From Nitrosopumilus sp. (GTDB taxonomy: Archaea > Thermoproteota > Nitrososphaeria > Nitrososphaerales > Nitrosopumilaceae): a DNA stretch of 64,000 nucleotides. How positions within the stretch are numbered: the first letter of the stretch is position 1; the number at the start of each line of letters is the position of its first letter. The DNA is taken from positions 288,001-352,000 of the forward strand of contig OY759726.1 of the NCBI GenBank assembly GCA_963662625.1, written 5' to 3'. The position numbers and the translations under genes were made by a program. The notes under the pieces are model-generated. The model had not been told where the DNA came from and made no database searches. It was given only the letters and a program-made list of their open reading frames with translations. Shown one piece after another: positions 27,276-38,012 of the stretch.

Positions 27276-29699
27276 TCAGCCGGGACCGGCAGAAACCCTG
27301 GACACGCCGTCCTGCTTCGTTACCCTGAACACGTGGTCCACGTATGTCTCCAGTTCCTTCTCGTGGGAGACAAGCACTATCTGCTCTGATTCCAGATCCT
27401 CCAGCACCTCCCGCATCCTCTCCAGCTGGCCCTTTGAGAACCCGTCCGTGGGCTCGTCGAGTATCAGCAGGTTCGACTTCATCGAGTCGGTCTCCTTCCT
27501 GATCAGGGAGTTCAGCGTGAGCCTGTACGCCAGGGCGACGCTCGTCTTCTCCCCCCCGGACATGTATTCCACCTGCTGCTCGAACCCGTCCTGCTCGACC
27601 GTGGGGGCAAAGTCCTCGTCGATCCTGGACTCCTTGTTGGGATCGTCCACCAGGATCGAGTACCACCTGCGGTACGTCTCGTTAAAGTTCTGCAGGATGT
27701 TGAGCAGCACCTGCTTCTCGATGCTTTTGGTGGTGGGTATGAAGAACCGCTCCAGCCACTCGCCGCATTCCGTGATCTCGTCGAATCTTTCCTTCCACCT
27801 CCTGGACGCCACGATTCTTTCGTTGTTTGCCGCCACCCTTTTCTCCTCCTGCGACTTTCTCTCCGTTTGCCGGGCCAGCCTGCGTTCTGCGTCGGTGGCC
27901 TCTTCCCGCGACGCCTCCAGCAGTGCTTCCTTTTCCGCCATGCGCTCGTCTAGGCCGCCGAAGCCGTCCAGTTGCGACAGCAGTGCCTTCAGCTCGTCCC
28001 TGTTTTCTGAAGCCAGCCTTGCCTGCTCTTCCTCGGCTCTCTTGTTCTCCTCGATCCTGCCCTCGGCCCTCCTGATCGCGTCCGCCACCATGTCCATCCG
28101 TTCTTTGGCATGCTCGTATTCGACCAGCCCGTCCCTGGTTTCAGTCAGCCGCGCGAGGGGGTCGTCCCCGTACTTCCCGCCGGCGCTCTCCGCCTCCAAC
28201 CCGGATATTCTGGCCACGACGCCGCCCAGTTTCGCCTTCTTTGACTCCAGCTCGCCGATCCGCCGGATCGATTCTTGGACGTGGGCGATCCTGGAATCGC
28301 GTGACTCCATCTCTGACCTGATCTCCTCCAGCCTGGAGCCCGCCTCGCCAAGCGATTCGGCGGCCTCCGTGATCTCGGCTTCCAGGCCCCGTATCTGGCC
28401 CCGTTTAGTGCCGACCAGGTCGTGGTGGTGCGCTTCGGTGATCTCCTGCTTGCAGGTGGGGCACGCGTTTCCCAGCTGCTCAAACTCCCTGATCTCTTCT
28501 TCCAGGTCCCCCTTCCGCGTCCGTCCACGCGTCTGTTTTTCTTGGGCCTCCCCGCGCTTTCTCTCCCACGCGTCCAGAAACTTGGCCGACGCGCTCCTTT
28601 CGGCGTTCAGCCTATCCAGTTCCCTTTCCAGGCCGGCCCTGTCGCCGTAGGCAGTTCCGCCCGGGGCCTCCGCGGCTGAAATCTCGGCCTCGAGGCCGTC
28701 CTTCTCCGCGTTGAGCCTGATCAGCCCGTCCTCCGTCTTCCGGAACCTCGCGATCTCCTCCTCCAGCTCGCGGATCGTCTTTGTGGTGTCGGGCTTTTCG
28801 ACGGCGTTAAGCCCCTCCAGACTCGAGCTTTTCCCCCTCACCTCTGCCTCGAGTGCCTCCGTTTCGGCCCTGAGATCCGCCGCCCGCCTTTCTGCAGACC
28901 CTATCCTCTCCTCCGCCGACGCCTTCCGGCCCTCGATCCTGGTCATCTCGACCCTGTCCTCCCGCAGCCCCTCCAGTTCCTTGGCGGCATCCTTCACCGC
29001 CAGCTCGTGCCCTTGTTTTTCCAGCTGCGTCTCCCTGATGGACGACTCTAGCCCCGAAATGGCTTCCGCCGCCTCCCTGTTCTCGCTTTCCAGTCCCGGG
29101 ATGTCCTTGAACCTTTCCTGCAGTATTTCCCGCCTGTGCCCGATCTCCCGCACCAGCTCGGAGGCGTTTGAGGCGGCCGTGCTGTATTCCTCGATTCCGA
29201 ACGCCCTCCGGATGGTCTCCGGCCGCTTCTTCGGGTTCGCGAGCACCTCCTTCATGGCCTCCTGCGGCGTGAACACCGCGTACCTGAAGATCCTGCTCTC
29301 GGCCTTTGGATCCGCGGGCTCGTTGAACTTGAGGATCTGCAGGACCCTCTGCTTCAGTTCCGACGGCGACAGCGGCTCCTTCTCGCCCCCGATCGTGATC
29401 CACGACTCCTTCGGGTCCTGGCTGACCGCCGAGTTCCTCCTCCTCAGGGTCCTCCGTATGCCGTATTTTTCCCCGCCCACTGAAAACTCCAGCATGACGT
29501 AGCCCGACTCGGACCTTTTTGCCAGCAGGGACTCGGCGTTCTGCGAGCCCAGCCCGAAGAGCGCAAACTCTATGGACATCAGGATCGTGGACTTGCCCGA
29601 GCCCATGTCTCCCTCGAACAGCGATGTCCCCCCTGGGAACTCGATCCTCTCGTGCCTGTAGCTCCTGATGCCGTCTATGGTTATGGAATCAAGGATCAT
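27276..29699 (-). CDS. rad50: Rad50 ATPase
   Basis: Walker A GDMGSGKST, CPTC zinc hook, MSGGEK signature and LILDEPTDGF. Confidence 0.92.
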   Translation of the reverse strand: MILDSITIDGIRSYRHERIEFPGGTSLFEGDMGSGKSTILMSIEFALFGLGSQNAESLLAKRSESGYVMLEFSVGGEKYGIRRTLRRRNSAVSQDPKESWITIGGEKEPLSPSELKQRVLQILKFNEPADPKAESRIFRYAVFTPQEAMKEVLANPKKRPETIRRAFGIEEYSTAASNASELVREIGHRREILQERFKDIPGLESENREAAEAISGLESSIRETQLEKQGHELAVKDAAKELEGLREDRVEMTRIEGRKASAEERIGSAERRAADLRAETEALEAEVRGKSSSLEGLNAVEKPDTTKTIRELEEEIARFRKTEDGLIRLNAEKDGLEAEISAAEAPGGTAYGDRAGLERELDRLNAERSASAKFLDAWERKRGEAQEKQTRGRTRKGDLEEEIREFEQLGNACPTCKQEITEAHHHDLVGTKRGQIRGLEAEITEAAESLGEAGSRLEEIRSEMESRDSRIAHVQESIRRIGELESKKAKLGGVVARISGLEAESAGGKYGDDPLARLTETRDGLVEYEHAKERMDMVADAIRRAEGRIEENKRAEEEQARLASENRDELKALLSQLDGFGGLDERMAEKEALLEASREEATDAERRLARQTERKSQEEKRVAANNERIVASRRWKERFDEITECGEWLERFFIPTTKSIEKQVLLNILQNFNETYRRWYSILVDDPNKESRIDEDFAPTVEQDGFEQQVEYMSGGEKTSVALAYRLTLNSLIRKETDSMKSNLLILDEPTDGFSKGQLERMREVLEDLESEQIVLVSHEKELETYVDHVFRVTKQDGVSRVSAGPG

Positions 29700-30945
29700 C
29701 GACGCCTGCCCCCAGCATGGCCAGGGCGTTGCCCCTGACCCTCGTGACGTAGTCGCCCTTCCTCTCGTTTGTGAGTTGCCCCTGTCCCAGCTCGCGCAGC
29801 AGCCCCTTCGCGAGCCTGACCCCGGCGTCCCCCAGCAGCCTCTCCTGCGAAAGCCGCAGTTGCCCTATGTTCTCCCTGAACACGTTGGTCTCTATCTCGT
29901 CCCTGTTTGAGCCCTTGGCCTCCGTGATGGTGTATTCCCTGGACGTGAGCTGTCCCCTTGAGATGTTTACCGCGAGCGCCCCCCTGTCCCCCAGGTCGAC
30001 CCTGAGGCCCGACGTGTCCACGTCCGACGTCTTCCCGGACGTCATCTCCCCCCGGATCTTCACGATCACGATCTTCTGCGCCGGGTCGACGCCCCCGGCC
30101 TTCGCCTCCAGCTCCGCGTTCACCGATTCGGACTTGCGGCCCTTCGCGTCGATGTCGATCACCCCGTACTGCGCGTTCTCCACCGGGACGAACTCCACGG
30201 AGTTTACGGCATCCCCAAAGTCCACCAGGAAGAACCCCCTCTGCTGGCCCCTGGCGTTCTCCTCGAGGTCCGCGGGGTGCCCCGCAAACAGCGTGCCGGG
30301 GTACACCACGTGGGGATAGTCCGCAAACTCCCGGTGGTTGGGCTTGTGCATGTGGCCCCCGGCATAGTACGCGAATCCCTTGGGGAGCAGCGAGAGCGGC
30401 ATGTGGTCCCCGTCCATGCCGGGCTCCGTCTTCATCTCGCCTATCCCGCCGTGGAAGAGGAATATCTTAAAGCCGGGCTCTGATTCCAGGCGCCGCCTGT
30501 CCAGCTTCTCGTACCACTCCCTGTCCTTGCCCACCTTGAGCCCCGAAAGGCCGGCAATCTTGGCGCCAGTCCTCCCGTCGGTCAGGAAGTCCAGGGATAT
30601 CGCCCCGTCCTCGCCGGGGGACGCCAGGGTCACCTTTATGATGTATCCCACCTCTGCCAGCAGGTCTATCACGGAGTTGGACACCGGCGAAAAGTCGTGG
30701 CTCCCGTACACGACGTAGACCGGGATTCCCGCCTCGTGCAGCCTGCGAAACCCTGCAAAGGCGAATTTCTGGACCCCCATGTCCGGAATGTTTACGTGGA
30801 ATATGTCCCCGGGCATCAGCACGAAGTCCACCCCGCGGGAGATGCACTCGCCCAGGGCCCTCTCGAAGACCGCCCTCTCTATCCCCTGCAGCGCCTCGTG
30901 CTTTTGGAAGCCCAGGTGGATGTCCGAGAGGTGGGCGAACCTCAC
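29689..30945 (-). CDS. mre11: Mre11 nuclease
   Basis: SDIHLG, GDIFH, GSHD and GGHMH motifs. Confidence 0.92.
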   Translation of the reverse strand: MRFAHLSDIHLGFQKHEALQGIERAVFERALGECISRGVDFVLMPGDIFHVNIPDMGVQKFAFAGFRRLHEAGIPVYVVYGSHDFSPVSNSVIDLLAEVGYIIKVTLASPGEDGAISLDFLTDGRTGAKIAGLSGLKVGKDREWYEKLDRRRLESEPGFKIFLFHGGIGEMKTEPGMDGDHMPLSLLPKGFAYYAGGHMHKPNHREFADYPHVVYPGTLFAGHPADLEENARGQQRGFFLVDFGDAVNSVEFVPVENAQYGVIDIDAKGRKSESVNAELEAKAGGVDPAQKIVIVKIRGEMTSGKTSDVDTSGLRVDLGDRGALAVNISRGQLTSREYTITEAKGSNRDEIETNVFRENIGQLRLSQERLLGDAGVRLAKGLLRELGQGQLTNERKGDYVTRVRGNALAMLGAGVDDP

Positions 30946-32532
30946 CTAGAACACCCTCGTCTTGCTGGGCCCCGCGCCGTCCCCCCGCCCGGGCCTGGCC
31001 ATGTCCTCGAACAGGGGCACCTTGATCGGCATGGCAAACGGCACGAAGATGCTGGTTATTATGGCCTCCCCCCTGTCCAGGCTGGCTATGTTCTTGTCGT
31101 CCTCGGACAGGTCCTGCGAGGCGGACGCAATGATCGCCTCCCGCTCCTGCTTCATCTCGTTGCCCAGGATTATCTTGGTATTCATGTTCGCCAGGATCGT
31201 CTTGGGGATGACGCTGCTCAGCTGGGTGACCGCGGTCAGGCCGACCTTGAACTTCCTCCCCTCCTTCGCGATCGTCGCGTAGATGTTGTAGTTTTTCGAC
31301 GTAAGGACGTCCTCCCCGATGACGCGCGGCGCCTCCTCGATCACGATGGTGGCCACCGGCTTCCTGTCCAGCTCCCCGGCCGCCTTGGCGTCCTTGTAGT
31401 CCTGCAGCAGCCTAGATGCTATGATGTTCCCGACCAGCAGTTCTGCCTCGTCGCCTAGCCTGGACGTGTCCAGCACGACCACTCTCCCCTCCTCGACGTC
31501 CCGCACGATGTCTGCCACGGTGGCCCTGCCCCTGGTGTCGGAGTCGAACACCTCGTGCCGTGACACCACGCGTCCCTCCTCGTCCCTCTCCAGGCCAAGG
31601 CTCAGGCGCAGCTTTCTCTGGACCACCATGAGGGTGGGGGCCTTGACCTCCCACTGGCCCCTGCCGTCCCCGCCTGCCTCCACCGCCGCCGGGTCGGCCA
31701 GCACCAGCTCCCTGATCCAGTTTCTCCCGTGCCTCCTGAACGCCAGCCTTATTGCCTGGAACTGCGGGTCCGAGAAGTCCATGATCCCCTCAAAGTGGTC
31801 CGGGCGGATCGATTCCAGGTTGATCGTGAGCCTGCTGGCGCCGGCCGGCGGGCTTGAGGGGGTGTAATAGACCAGGCCGTTCCTGGCGTTTGGGTGGTCC
31901 CTGAGCCCGGGGCCAGTCCTCCCAAAGTACTCGTCGTGCGCGTCGAGGACCAGCGCGCCGACCCTGCTCGTGCCAAGGACGTGCCACAGGATGGTCTTGA
32001 CCAGGTTTGACTTTCCGCGTCCCGTGGTGGCCGGTATCAGGACGTGGTGCGAGAACACGTCCTGGGCGGGGAGCCATACCTCGGCCTCCTTGATCACCTT
32101 GCTTCCGCTGCGGATGTGCCCGACGAACACCTGGTCGTCTTCCCGCCGCAGGAACCCCAGGTCGTCGCGGGACACCAGCCTGAGCTTGTTGAAGAACGGC
32201 GGGAGGGACTTGGGGATGGCCACGCTCCTCCCGTCCCCGTGTATCCTGGCAAGCGGCTTGATCCGCGCCAGGACGTAGTTTACAAAGTCCGGCTCGTAAA
32301 AGCCGGCGTCGGCAGCCCCGTGCTCCAGGTTGACCCCGGACATCATCTGCTGCATCCTGTCCTGGATCTGGGACCCGTATTCCAGCGCGAACACCTGCAG
32401 GATCAGGTACGATCCGTCCTCCTCGGAGATCATCAGGTCGCCGATCTCCAGGTCCGTGCCGGACTTTTGGCGGATTATGATGTCGCCGAACTTCCCGCCG
32501 ACCACCTGCCCCGCGACCAAGACCTCGTCCAT
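30946..32532 (-). CDS. herA: HerA ATPase/helicase
   Basis: [24 protein letters not shown] and [12 protein letters not shown] motifs. Confidence 0.9.
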   Translation of the reverse strand: MDEVLVAGQVVGGKFGDIIIRQKSGTDLEIGDLMISEEDGSYLILQVFALEYGSQIQDRMQQMMSGVNLEHGAADAGFYEPDFVNYVLARIKPLARIHGDGRSVAIPKSLPPFFNKLRLVSRDDLGFLRREDDQVFVGHIRSGSKVIKEAEVWLPAQDVFSHHVLIPATTGRGKSNLVKTILWHVLGTSRVGALVLDAHDEYFGRTGPGLRDHPNARNGLVYYTPSSPPAGASRLTINLESIRPDHFEGIMDFSDPQFQAIRLAFRRHGRNWIRELVLADPAAVEAGGDGRGQWEVKAPTLMVVQRKLRLSLGLERDEEGRVVSRHEVFDSDTRGRATVADIVRDVEEGRVVVLDTSRLGDEAELLVGNIIASRLLQDYKDAKAAGELDRKPVATIVIEEAPRVIGEDVLTSKNYNIYATIAKEGRKFKVGLTAVTQLSSVIPKTILANMNTKIILGNEMKQEREAIIASASQDLSEDDKNIASLDRGEAIITSIFVPFAMPIKVPLFEDMARPGRGDGAGPSKTRVF

Positions 32533-33629
32533 CAGCTGGTGACCTCGTTGAGGACATCGTGCGCCCCCAGGCCCGCGCCGTACTCCCGGAACTTCTTCCC
32601 CTCCGGCCTTTTGAGCATCTCGGTCCGGACGAGCCCCCGGTACATGCCCCTCTCGTGCGCGCGCACCTGGGCGAACCTGTCGGCGTCTATCGCGCCGTAC
32701 GGGTAGCCCAGCATGGCCACGTCCTGGGAGTTTGCCGCCATGCTGTACATGACCGAGTTCACGTCCCCCGGGCCCATCCCCTCGAACTGCTCCCGCAGTA
32801 TCTCGAACCTGAAGACGTAGGGCGACTTTTCATGGAACCTTGCGGCAAGCATGAACCCGCGGGCGCCGGCGGACGCCTCCTCGGCCACCCTGACGTACCA
32901 CGTCCCGAACGGGACGGCGTCGGCTATCTCGGAGATCCTCGCCAGCAGCGGCTCCCCGGACTCCGTGATGAGCCTGCTGGTCTTTGCCAGCCCGCACACT
33001 ATGACGCCCTTCCTCACCGCCGCGTCGTACAGCCCGTCCGAGTACTTCTTCTCGTTCGTGACGCCAGTCTGCAGCGAGCCGTCCATCACGATCATGTCCC
33101 CGGGCCCGAGCTCGTCTTCCACCACGTGCCGCGCCAGCAGCAGTTCGGCGAACCTCCGTTCCGGGGAGGCGTGCCTGGCCCCGTGCAGCGCGGGCGACCC
33201 CCCTGCCCGCGACGTCAGGTCCGACTCCGAGGGCAGGTGCCGCCTGTCCCAGTCGTTGTATGCAAAGAGGCGCGTATCGTGGCTCACCGTCTTCTTGCCC
33301 CCCTCCGTCCGCACGTTCGCGGTGACGAAGGCGAAGAACTGGATCCTGGGGCTTGACCTCGGCTTGATCCTGTCCCTGCCCCTGAACATTGAAAAATAGA
33401 CGCGGTTTACCGTGATCAGGGAGTCTGCCGACTCGTACAGCACGCCGTCCCCGCCGTCAACGAACGCGATCTTGCGCGGGGGCCCGGCCGGGGCTATCTC
33501 CGTGAACCCTGACGGCTTTATCTCGAACTGCCTTCCCCTGCCGCCGTTCAGGACGACGTCCGAGTGCCCCTTCTGCGACAGGCGGGATCCGATCTCTTCG
33601 ACCAGGTCCTTTACGGGGTCGGAATTCAT
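32532..33629 (-). CDS. nurA: NurA nuclease
   Basis: AFVDGG, VMDGSL, GLAKTS and GYPYG.IDADRFA motifs; operon context. Confidence 0.88.
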   Translation of the reverse strand: MNSDPVKDLVEEIGSRLSQKGHSDVVLNGGRGRQFEIKPSGFTEIAPAGPPRKIAFVDGGDGVLYESADSLITVNRVYFSMFRGRDRIKPRSSPRIQFFAFVTANVRTEGGKKTVSHDTRLFAYNDWDRRHLPSESDLTSRAGGSPALHGARHASPERRFAELLLARHVVEDELGPGDMIVMDGSLQTGVTNEKKYSDGLYDAAVRKGVIVCGLAKTSRLITESGEPLLARISEIADAVPFGTWYVRVAEEASAGARGFMLAARFHEKSPYVFRFEILREQFEGMGPGDVNSVMYSMAANSQDVAMLGYPYGAIDADRFAQVRAHERGMYRGLVRTEMLKRPEGKKFREYGAGLGAHDVLNEVTS

Positions 33630-34104
33630 GAAACGTCGTCACCGCCGCCTCGTATGATGTTTTCCCGGCGCGACAGTATGACCGTTGGTCACCATGTTTT
33701 CAACCGGTTTCATGGGCTAATTATATGGTTGTGCGCCAGTTCGGCGAAATGCGCGCCAAACGGCCAACCGCCACAATTCCAAACGGATCGACCGGGGATG
33801 GGCCCCCGCAGGACTTGAATTGGATCTAAGCAAGACCCGCCAGGGCAGCTACATGGTGAACGGCCCCCGCCAACGCCAAGGCGCCGTCTCCTGCGCGTGC
33901 GTGTCCCTGGCCCCCCGTGCGGCCCGCGGCGCGCAACTCCCCGTCCATGCCGCGTCATTGATGCCCTCGAGGGGCCCTGGCCGCCTGCCCGTCAGCGGCA
34001 GCCGGGCCGGACGCGTGCGCCATGGCGCGGGGGCCGGAGGGGCGCCGGATCGCGCCCCGCCGCCCGCCTTGATCAGGATTAATTACCCGATCCTCCCCAG
34101 TGGT

Positions 34105-34929
34105 ATGGTGGTGAAGAAGGTTGGCCTGCTGGGGTGCGGCGTGATCGGCACCCGCGTGGCCGCGGCGATCGACTCTGGGAAGATACCTGCAAAACTGACC
34201 CATGTCTACGACCGCTCCAGGGAGGCCTCCGAAAAACTGCTATCGGTCCTGGCCGACAAGCCGAGTATAGTCGAGAACTACCACCTGCTGTCCTCCAACC
34301 CCGTGGACATCGTGGTGGAGGCGGCCTCCCAGGAGGCGGTGAAGGACGCCGCCCTCAGCGTCCTGCAGAACAGGCGCGATCTGATGGTGATGAGCGTCGG
34401 GGCGCTGCTTGACGAGGCGGTGTTCGACGTCCTGTCCGACGCGTGCAGGGACTTTAGGAGGACCATCTACCTCCCGTCCGGCGCGATCGCTGGGCTCGAC
34501 GCGATAAAGTCGGTCCGGGGCGAGCTGGATTCGCTGTCCATCACAACCACAAAGCACCCGGACTCCCTCAGGGGGGCGAGGTTCTTCGAGGAGTCGGGGG
34601 TCGACTTGGACTCCGTCCTCGACCCTACCGTGATCTTCGAGGGGACCGCGGGGGAGGCGGTCCGGCTGTTTCCGGCCAACGTCAACGTCGCCGCGCTTTT
34701 TTCCCTCGCGGGTCTGGGCAGCCGGGAGACTGCCGTGAGGATCGTCGCAGACCCGGGCACCCGCAGGAACACGCACCGCGTCGAGGCCGCGGGCGGGTTC
34801 GGAAGCCTGGAATTCACCGTCGAGAACGTCCCCGACGCCGACAACCCCAGGACCAGCAGGCTGGCTGCCCTTTCCGCAGTGGAGACGCTGAGGCAGTACT
34901 GCTCCGACGAGATCCGGATTGGGACCTAA
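34105..34929 (+). CDS. nadX: L-aspartate dehydrogenase
   Basis: GCGVIG, VVEAASQ, LPSGAIAGLD, FPANVNVAA and NPRTS motifs. Confidence 0.92.
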   Translation: MVVKKVGLLGCGVIGTRVAAAIDSGKIPAKLTHVYDRSREASEKLLSVLADKPSIVENYHLLSSNPVDIVVEAASQEAVKDAALSVLQNRRDLMVMSVGALLDEAVFDVLSDACRDFRRTIYLPSGAIAGLDAIKSVRGELDSLSITTTKHPDSLRGARFFEESGVDLDSVLDPTVIFEGTAGEAVRLFPANVNVAALFSLAGLGSRETAVRIVADPGTRRNTHRVEAAGGFGSLEFTVENVPDADNPRTSRLAALSAVETLRQYCSDEIRIGT

Positions 34930-35021
34930 CGTGGCAATAATTGCCGCGTTTGGTGGATTTTGAGAAATTCTAGGCACCTTCCCACTCTTTAAATCTTCGA
35001 ACCCTGCAATTTTTGTGGTTC

Positions 35022-35978
35022 ATGTTAGTACAGCAGGCATCCAGGCTCAAGGAGGAGATCCGGGGCCTCAAAAAGGAGAGGGACGCGGTCATCCTCGCGC
35101 ACAACTACCAGGTTCCCGAGGTGCAGGACGTGGCAGACTTTACGGGCGACTCGCTGGGGCTCTCGAGGCAGGCCGCCAAGGTGGATCAAAAGACGATCCT
35201 GTTCTGCGGCGTCCACTTTATGGCGGAGACCGCGGCGATCATCAGCCCGGAAAAAAAGGTCCTGATCCCAGACGCCGACGCCGGGTGCTCGCTGTCAGAC
35301 TCGATCACGGTAGGCGAGCTGCGCGAGTGGAAGAAGCGGCATCCCGGGGCAGCCGCGGTGGGGTATGTCAACACCACCGCGGCCGTAAAGTCCGAGCTTG
35401 ACTACTGCTGCACGTCCTCAAACGCGGTGGGCGTCGTGAGGGCGATCCCAGAAGACAGGGAGGTGCTGTTCCTGCCCGACATGTTCCTGGGCTCCTACGT
35501 CGCCAGGGTCACCGGCAGGAAGAACATGCGCATCTGGGCAGGCGAGTGCCACGTCCACGCGGGGATCACGCCCGAGGACGTCACGGAGAAGCTCGACTCC
35601 ATGAGGGGCGCGGAGTTCGTGATCCACCCGGAGTGCAGCTGCACCACCCCCATGATGCACGACGCGGCCAGCGGGCGGTTCGGCGGCAGGAGGGTCTCGA
35701 TCCTCTCGACCGAGGGGATGCTGAACCACGTGGGAAGGTCCCGGGCAAAGAACTTCGTGGTGGCCACGGAGACGGGGATCCTGTACAGGATGCGGAAGCA
35801 GAACCCCGGCAAGACGTTCGTCCCCGCGTCCGAAAAGGCCGAATGCCAGTACATGAAGATGATAACGCTCGACAAGGTCCGCGACGCGCTCCTGCATGGC
35901 CGGCACCGGGTCACCGTGCCGAGGGAGACGGCAGACAGGGCGCGGCTGGCGATAGAGCGGATGCTCGCAATCAGCTAG
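35022..35978 (+). CDS. nadA: Quinolinate synthase
   Basis: LAHNYQ, GDSL.LS, FCGVHFMAET and HPEC motifs. Confidence 0.95.
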   Translation: MLVQQASRLKEEIRGLKKERDAVILAHNYQVPEVQDVADFTGDSLGLSRQAAKVDQKTILFCGVHFMAETAAIISPEKKVLIPDADAGCSLSDSITVGELREWKKRHPGAAAVGYVNTTAAVKSELDYCCTSSNAVGVVRAIPEDREVLFLPDMFLGSYVARVTGRKNMRIWAGECHVHAGITPEDVTEKLDSMRGAEFVIHPECSCTTPMMHDAASGRFGGRRVSILSTEGMLNHVGRSRAKNFVVATETGILYRMRKQNPGKTFVPASEKAECQYMKMITLDKVRDALLHGRHRVTVPRETADRARLAIERMLAIS

Positions 35979-35986
35979 GATGGGGC

Positions 35987-36385
35987 TTGGCCGGGTTCTT
36001 TGGCAGCCTCCGGGGGAGCCCCGGGGGGAGGCAAAACGCCAGGATGGCGAGGGAGCTGCGCGGCCTGGTCAGGTCAAAAAAATACCGCGAGGCGCTCAAG
36101 GTCGGGACAGCGTACCTGCAGAGGGTGCCCGAAAACCACGACGTGCAGTTCATAGTGGGCAGCATACACTACATGCAACACAGGTACAGGACGGCGATCT
36201 CCTTCTTTGACAGGGCCCTCGAGATCGGCTCCTACGACGTCGAAGTCCTGATCCTCAAGGCGCACTCGCACCATGCCCTGGGGGAGAACGGCCGCGCGGC
36301 CAAGTGCTGCGGCAGGATCAGGGAGGTCGACCCCGGGAACAGGGCCGCCTCGGAACTGCTGTCGAAGATCGGCGCCGGCGGCTAG
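35987..36385 (+). CDS. TPR-repeat protein
   Basis: AISFFDRALEI-type TPR helices; start uncertain (TTG 35987). Confidence 0.75.
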   Translation: MAGFFGSLRGSPGGRQNARMARELRGLVRSKKYREALKVGTAYLQRVPENHDVQFIVGSIHYMQHRYRTAISFFDRALEIGSYDVEVLILKAHSHHALGENGRAAKCCGRIREVDPGNRAASELLSKIGAGG

Positions 36386-37200
36386 ATCTCCAGGCTAACG
36401 TCGATCGCCCTGACCGACGACGTGATGCTCCCGACCGAGATGATGTCCACCCCTGCCCGGCCGAACTCCGCTATGTTCCCAGAGTCGATCCCGCCGGAGG
36501 CCTCGAGGGTCACCCCGTCCCGCAGCCCCATCCTGCTCAGGGTCCTCACCGTGCTCTTCACCTGCGCCGGCGTAAAGTTGTCAAGCATGACCACCGCCGC
36601 GCCCCCCCTTGCCGCAAGCACGGCGTCCGCGGCGTTTTCGACCTCCACCTCGAACCTCCTGCGCCTTTTCCTTGCCTTCCCGATCAGCGCCTCCAGCGAG
36701 CCCTCTGCCGCTATGTGGTTGTCCTTTATCAGAACCATCTCGTCCAGCCGCATCCTGTGCCTGTGGCCCCCGCCGATCTCCACGGCCGCCTTGTCAAAAT
36801 ACCGGAGGCCAGGCGCGGTCTTCCTCGTGGCGTACAGCTTTGCCCTCTTTCCGGGGATCTTTCCCGCGAGGAACCGCGTCTGGGTGGCTATGCCGCTCAT
36901 CCTGGCGAGCAGGTTGAGCGCCGTCCTCTCGCACGCAAGGACGTCCCCCGCGTTCCCCGACACGGCCATTATGGTCCCGCCCCGCCTTACCCTCGAGCCG
37001 TCCCCCGCGAGTATCCTGGCCCTGCACCCGCCGAGCTCGAACAACATCTTCGCAAACCTCGCCCCCGCGACGACTGCCGCCTCCCTCGAGACCACCCTTG
37101 CCCGGACGGGCTTTTCTGAAAGCAGGGCGCTCGTTACGTCGCCCCTCCCGACGTCCTCCGCCAGGAACCGCCTGAGTTGGCTCTTCACGTCAAAGGACAT
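36382..37200 (-). CDS. nadC: Quinolinate phosphoribosyltransferase
   Basis: ERTALN, TRKTAPGLR, LIKDNH, MLDN and EASGGI motifs. Confidence 0.95.
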   Translation of the reverse strand: MSFDVKSQLRRFLAEDVGRGDVTSALLSEKPVRARVVSREAAVVAGARFAKMLFELGGCRARILAGDGSRVRRGGTIMAVSGNAGDVLACERTALNLLARMSGIATQTRFLAGKIPGKRAKLYATRKTAPGLRYFDKAAVEIGGGHRHRMRLDEMVLIKDNHIAAEGSLEALIGKARKRRRRFEVEVENAADAVLAARGGAAVVMLDNFTPAQVKSTVRTLSRMGLRDGVTLEASGGIDSGNIAEFGRAGVDIISVGSITSSVRAIDVSLEI

Positions 37201-37231
37201 GCCGCATGATCCTGCCTGTGGGCCCCCCGGT

Positions 37232-37420
37232 TCACGTGACCTTGATCGCGTACTTGCCCCTGGCCGTGATGCCCAGGGTCTTTGAGATCGCGGAGTTTGT
37301 CGGGTCTACCACCAGGACGATCCCGGTCCAGTCCGGCGTCAGGTCCGACGACTTGCAGATCTTGCAGACCTTGCCGGTAGTCACGAACTTGCATTTCCTG
37401 CAGGCCATCTCCCTTGCCAT
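37232..37420 (-). CDS. spt4: Transcription elongation factor Spt4 (RpoE'')
   Basis: ACRKC...CKIC, DWTG and GKYAIKV motifs. Confidence 0.92.
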   Translation of the reverse strand: MAREMACRKCKFVTTGKVCKICKSSDLTPDWTGIVLVVDPTNSAISKTLGITARGKYAIKVT

Positions 37421-37421
37421 G

Positions 37422-38012
37422 CTAGCCTTCCTCCCCCTTGCCTTCCTTTGCCGGGGCATCGCCGTTAGCCTTTTTGATCTCCTCCTCGATCCAGCCGTCG
37501 GCTCCGAGGAACGGCTGCCTGCACGTGATCCCGATCTTCCCCATGGTCGCGGCCTTGCCCAGGGACACCGCCGTGATCCTGGCGCGAAGCGTCGAGCCGA
37601 CCTTCAGCGTCCTACCGCTCTGGTTTGCCACGATCATTCCCGACTTTACGTCGCTTTTCAGGTAGTCGTCCATGACCTGCGAGAGGTGTAGCAGCGCGTC
37701 GGTGGGGCCGATCCTCACAAACGCGCCAAAGTCGGTGATGTCCACTATCTCGCCCTGGACGATCTCCTGGAGTTTCGGGTAAAACGTGAGTGCCTTGAAT
37801 TCCACCTTGTGGAACGTGCCGCTGTCCCCCGCGATCATCTTTCCCATCTCGTCCACCTTGGCATCGAGTATCATTATGATGTAGCCCAGCTCCGCGTTGA
37901 TCATGCTCTCGTATTTTTCCTTGAGGATGTTTATCGCCGCCTTCTTGAGCATCGTCCCAAACAAGCTCGGCGGTATCCTTACCACATCAACTAGGGTAAC
38001 TATAGAAAACAA
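37422..38012 (-). CDS. rpo7: RNA polymerase subunit Rpo7 (E')
   Basis: DVVRIPP, FGAFVRIGPTDALLH and CRQPFLG motifs; TTG start inferred. Confidence 0.93.
   Translation of the reverse strand: MFSIVTLVDVVRIPPSLFGTMLKKAAINILKEKYESMINAELGYIIMILDAKVDEMGKMIAGDSGTFHKVEFKALTFYPKLQEIVQGEIVDITDFGAFVRIGPTDALLHLSQVMDDYLKSDVKSGMIVANQSGRTLKVGSTLRARITAVSLGKAATMGKIGITCRQPFLGADGWIEEEIKKANGDAPAKEGKGEEG

Noticed and set aside
30946-33629. HerA-based anti-phage defence system
   Set aside because: Linked to nurA, mre11 and rad50, so a DNA-repair operon is the simpler reading.
33654-33710. Second C/D-box sRNA upstream of nurA (ATGATGT...ATGA)
   Set aside because: Imperfect C box and no D box at the expected spacing.
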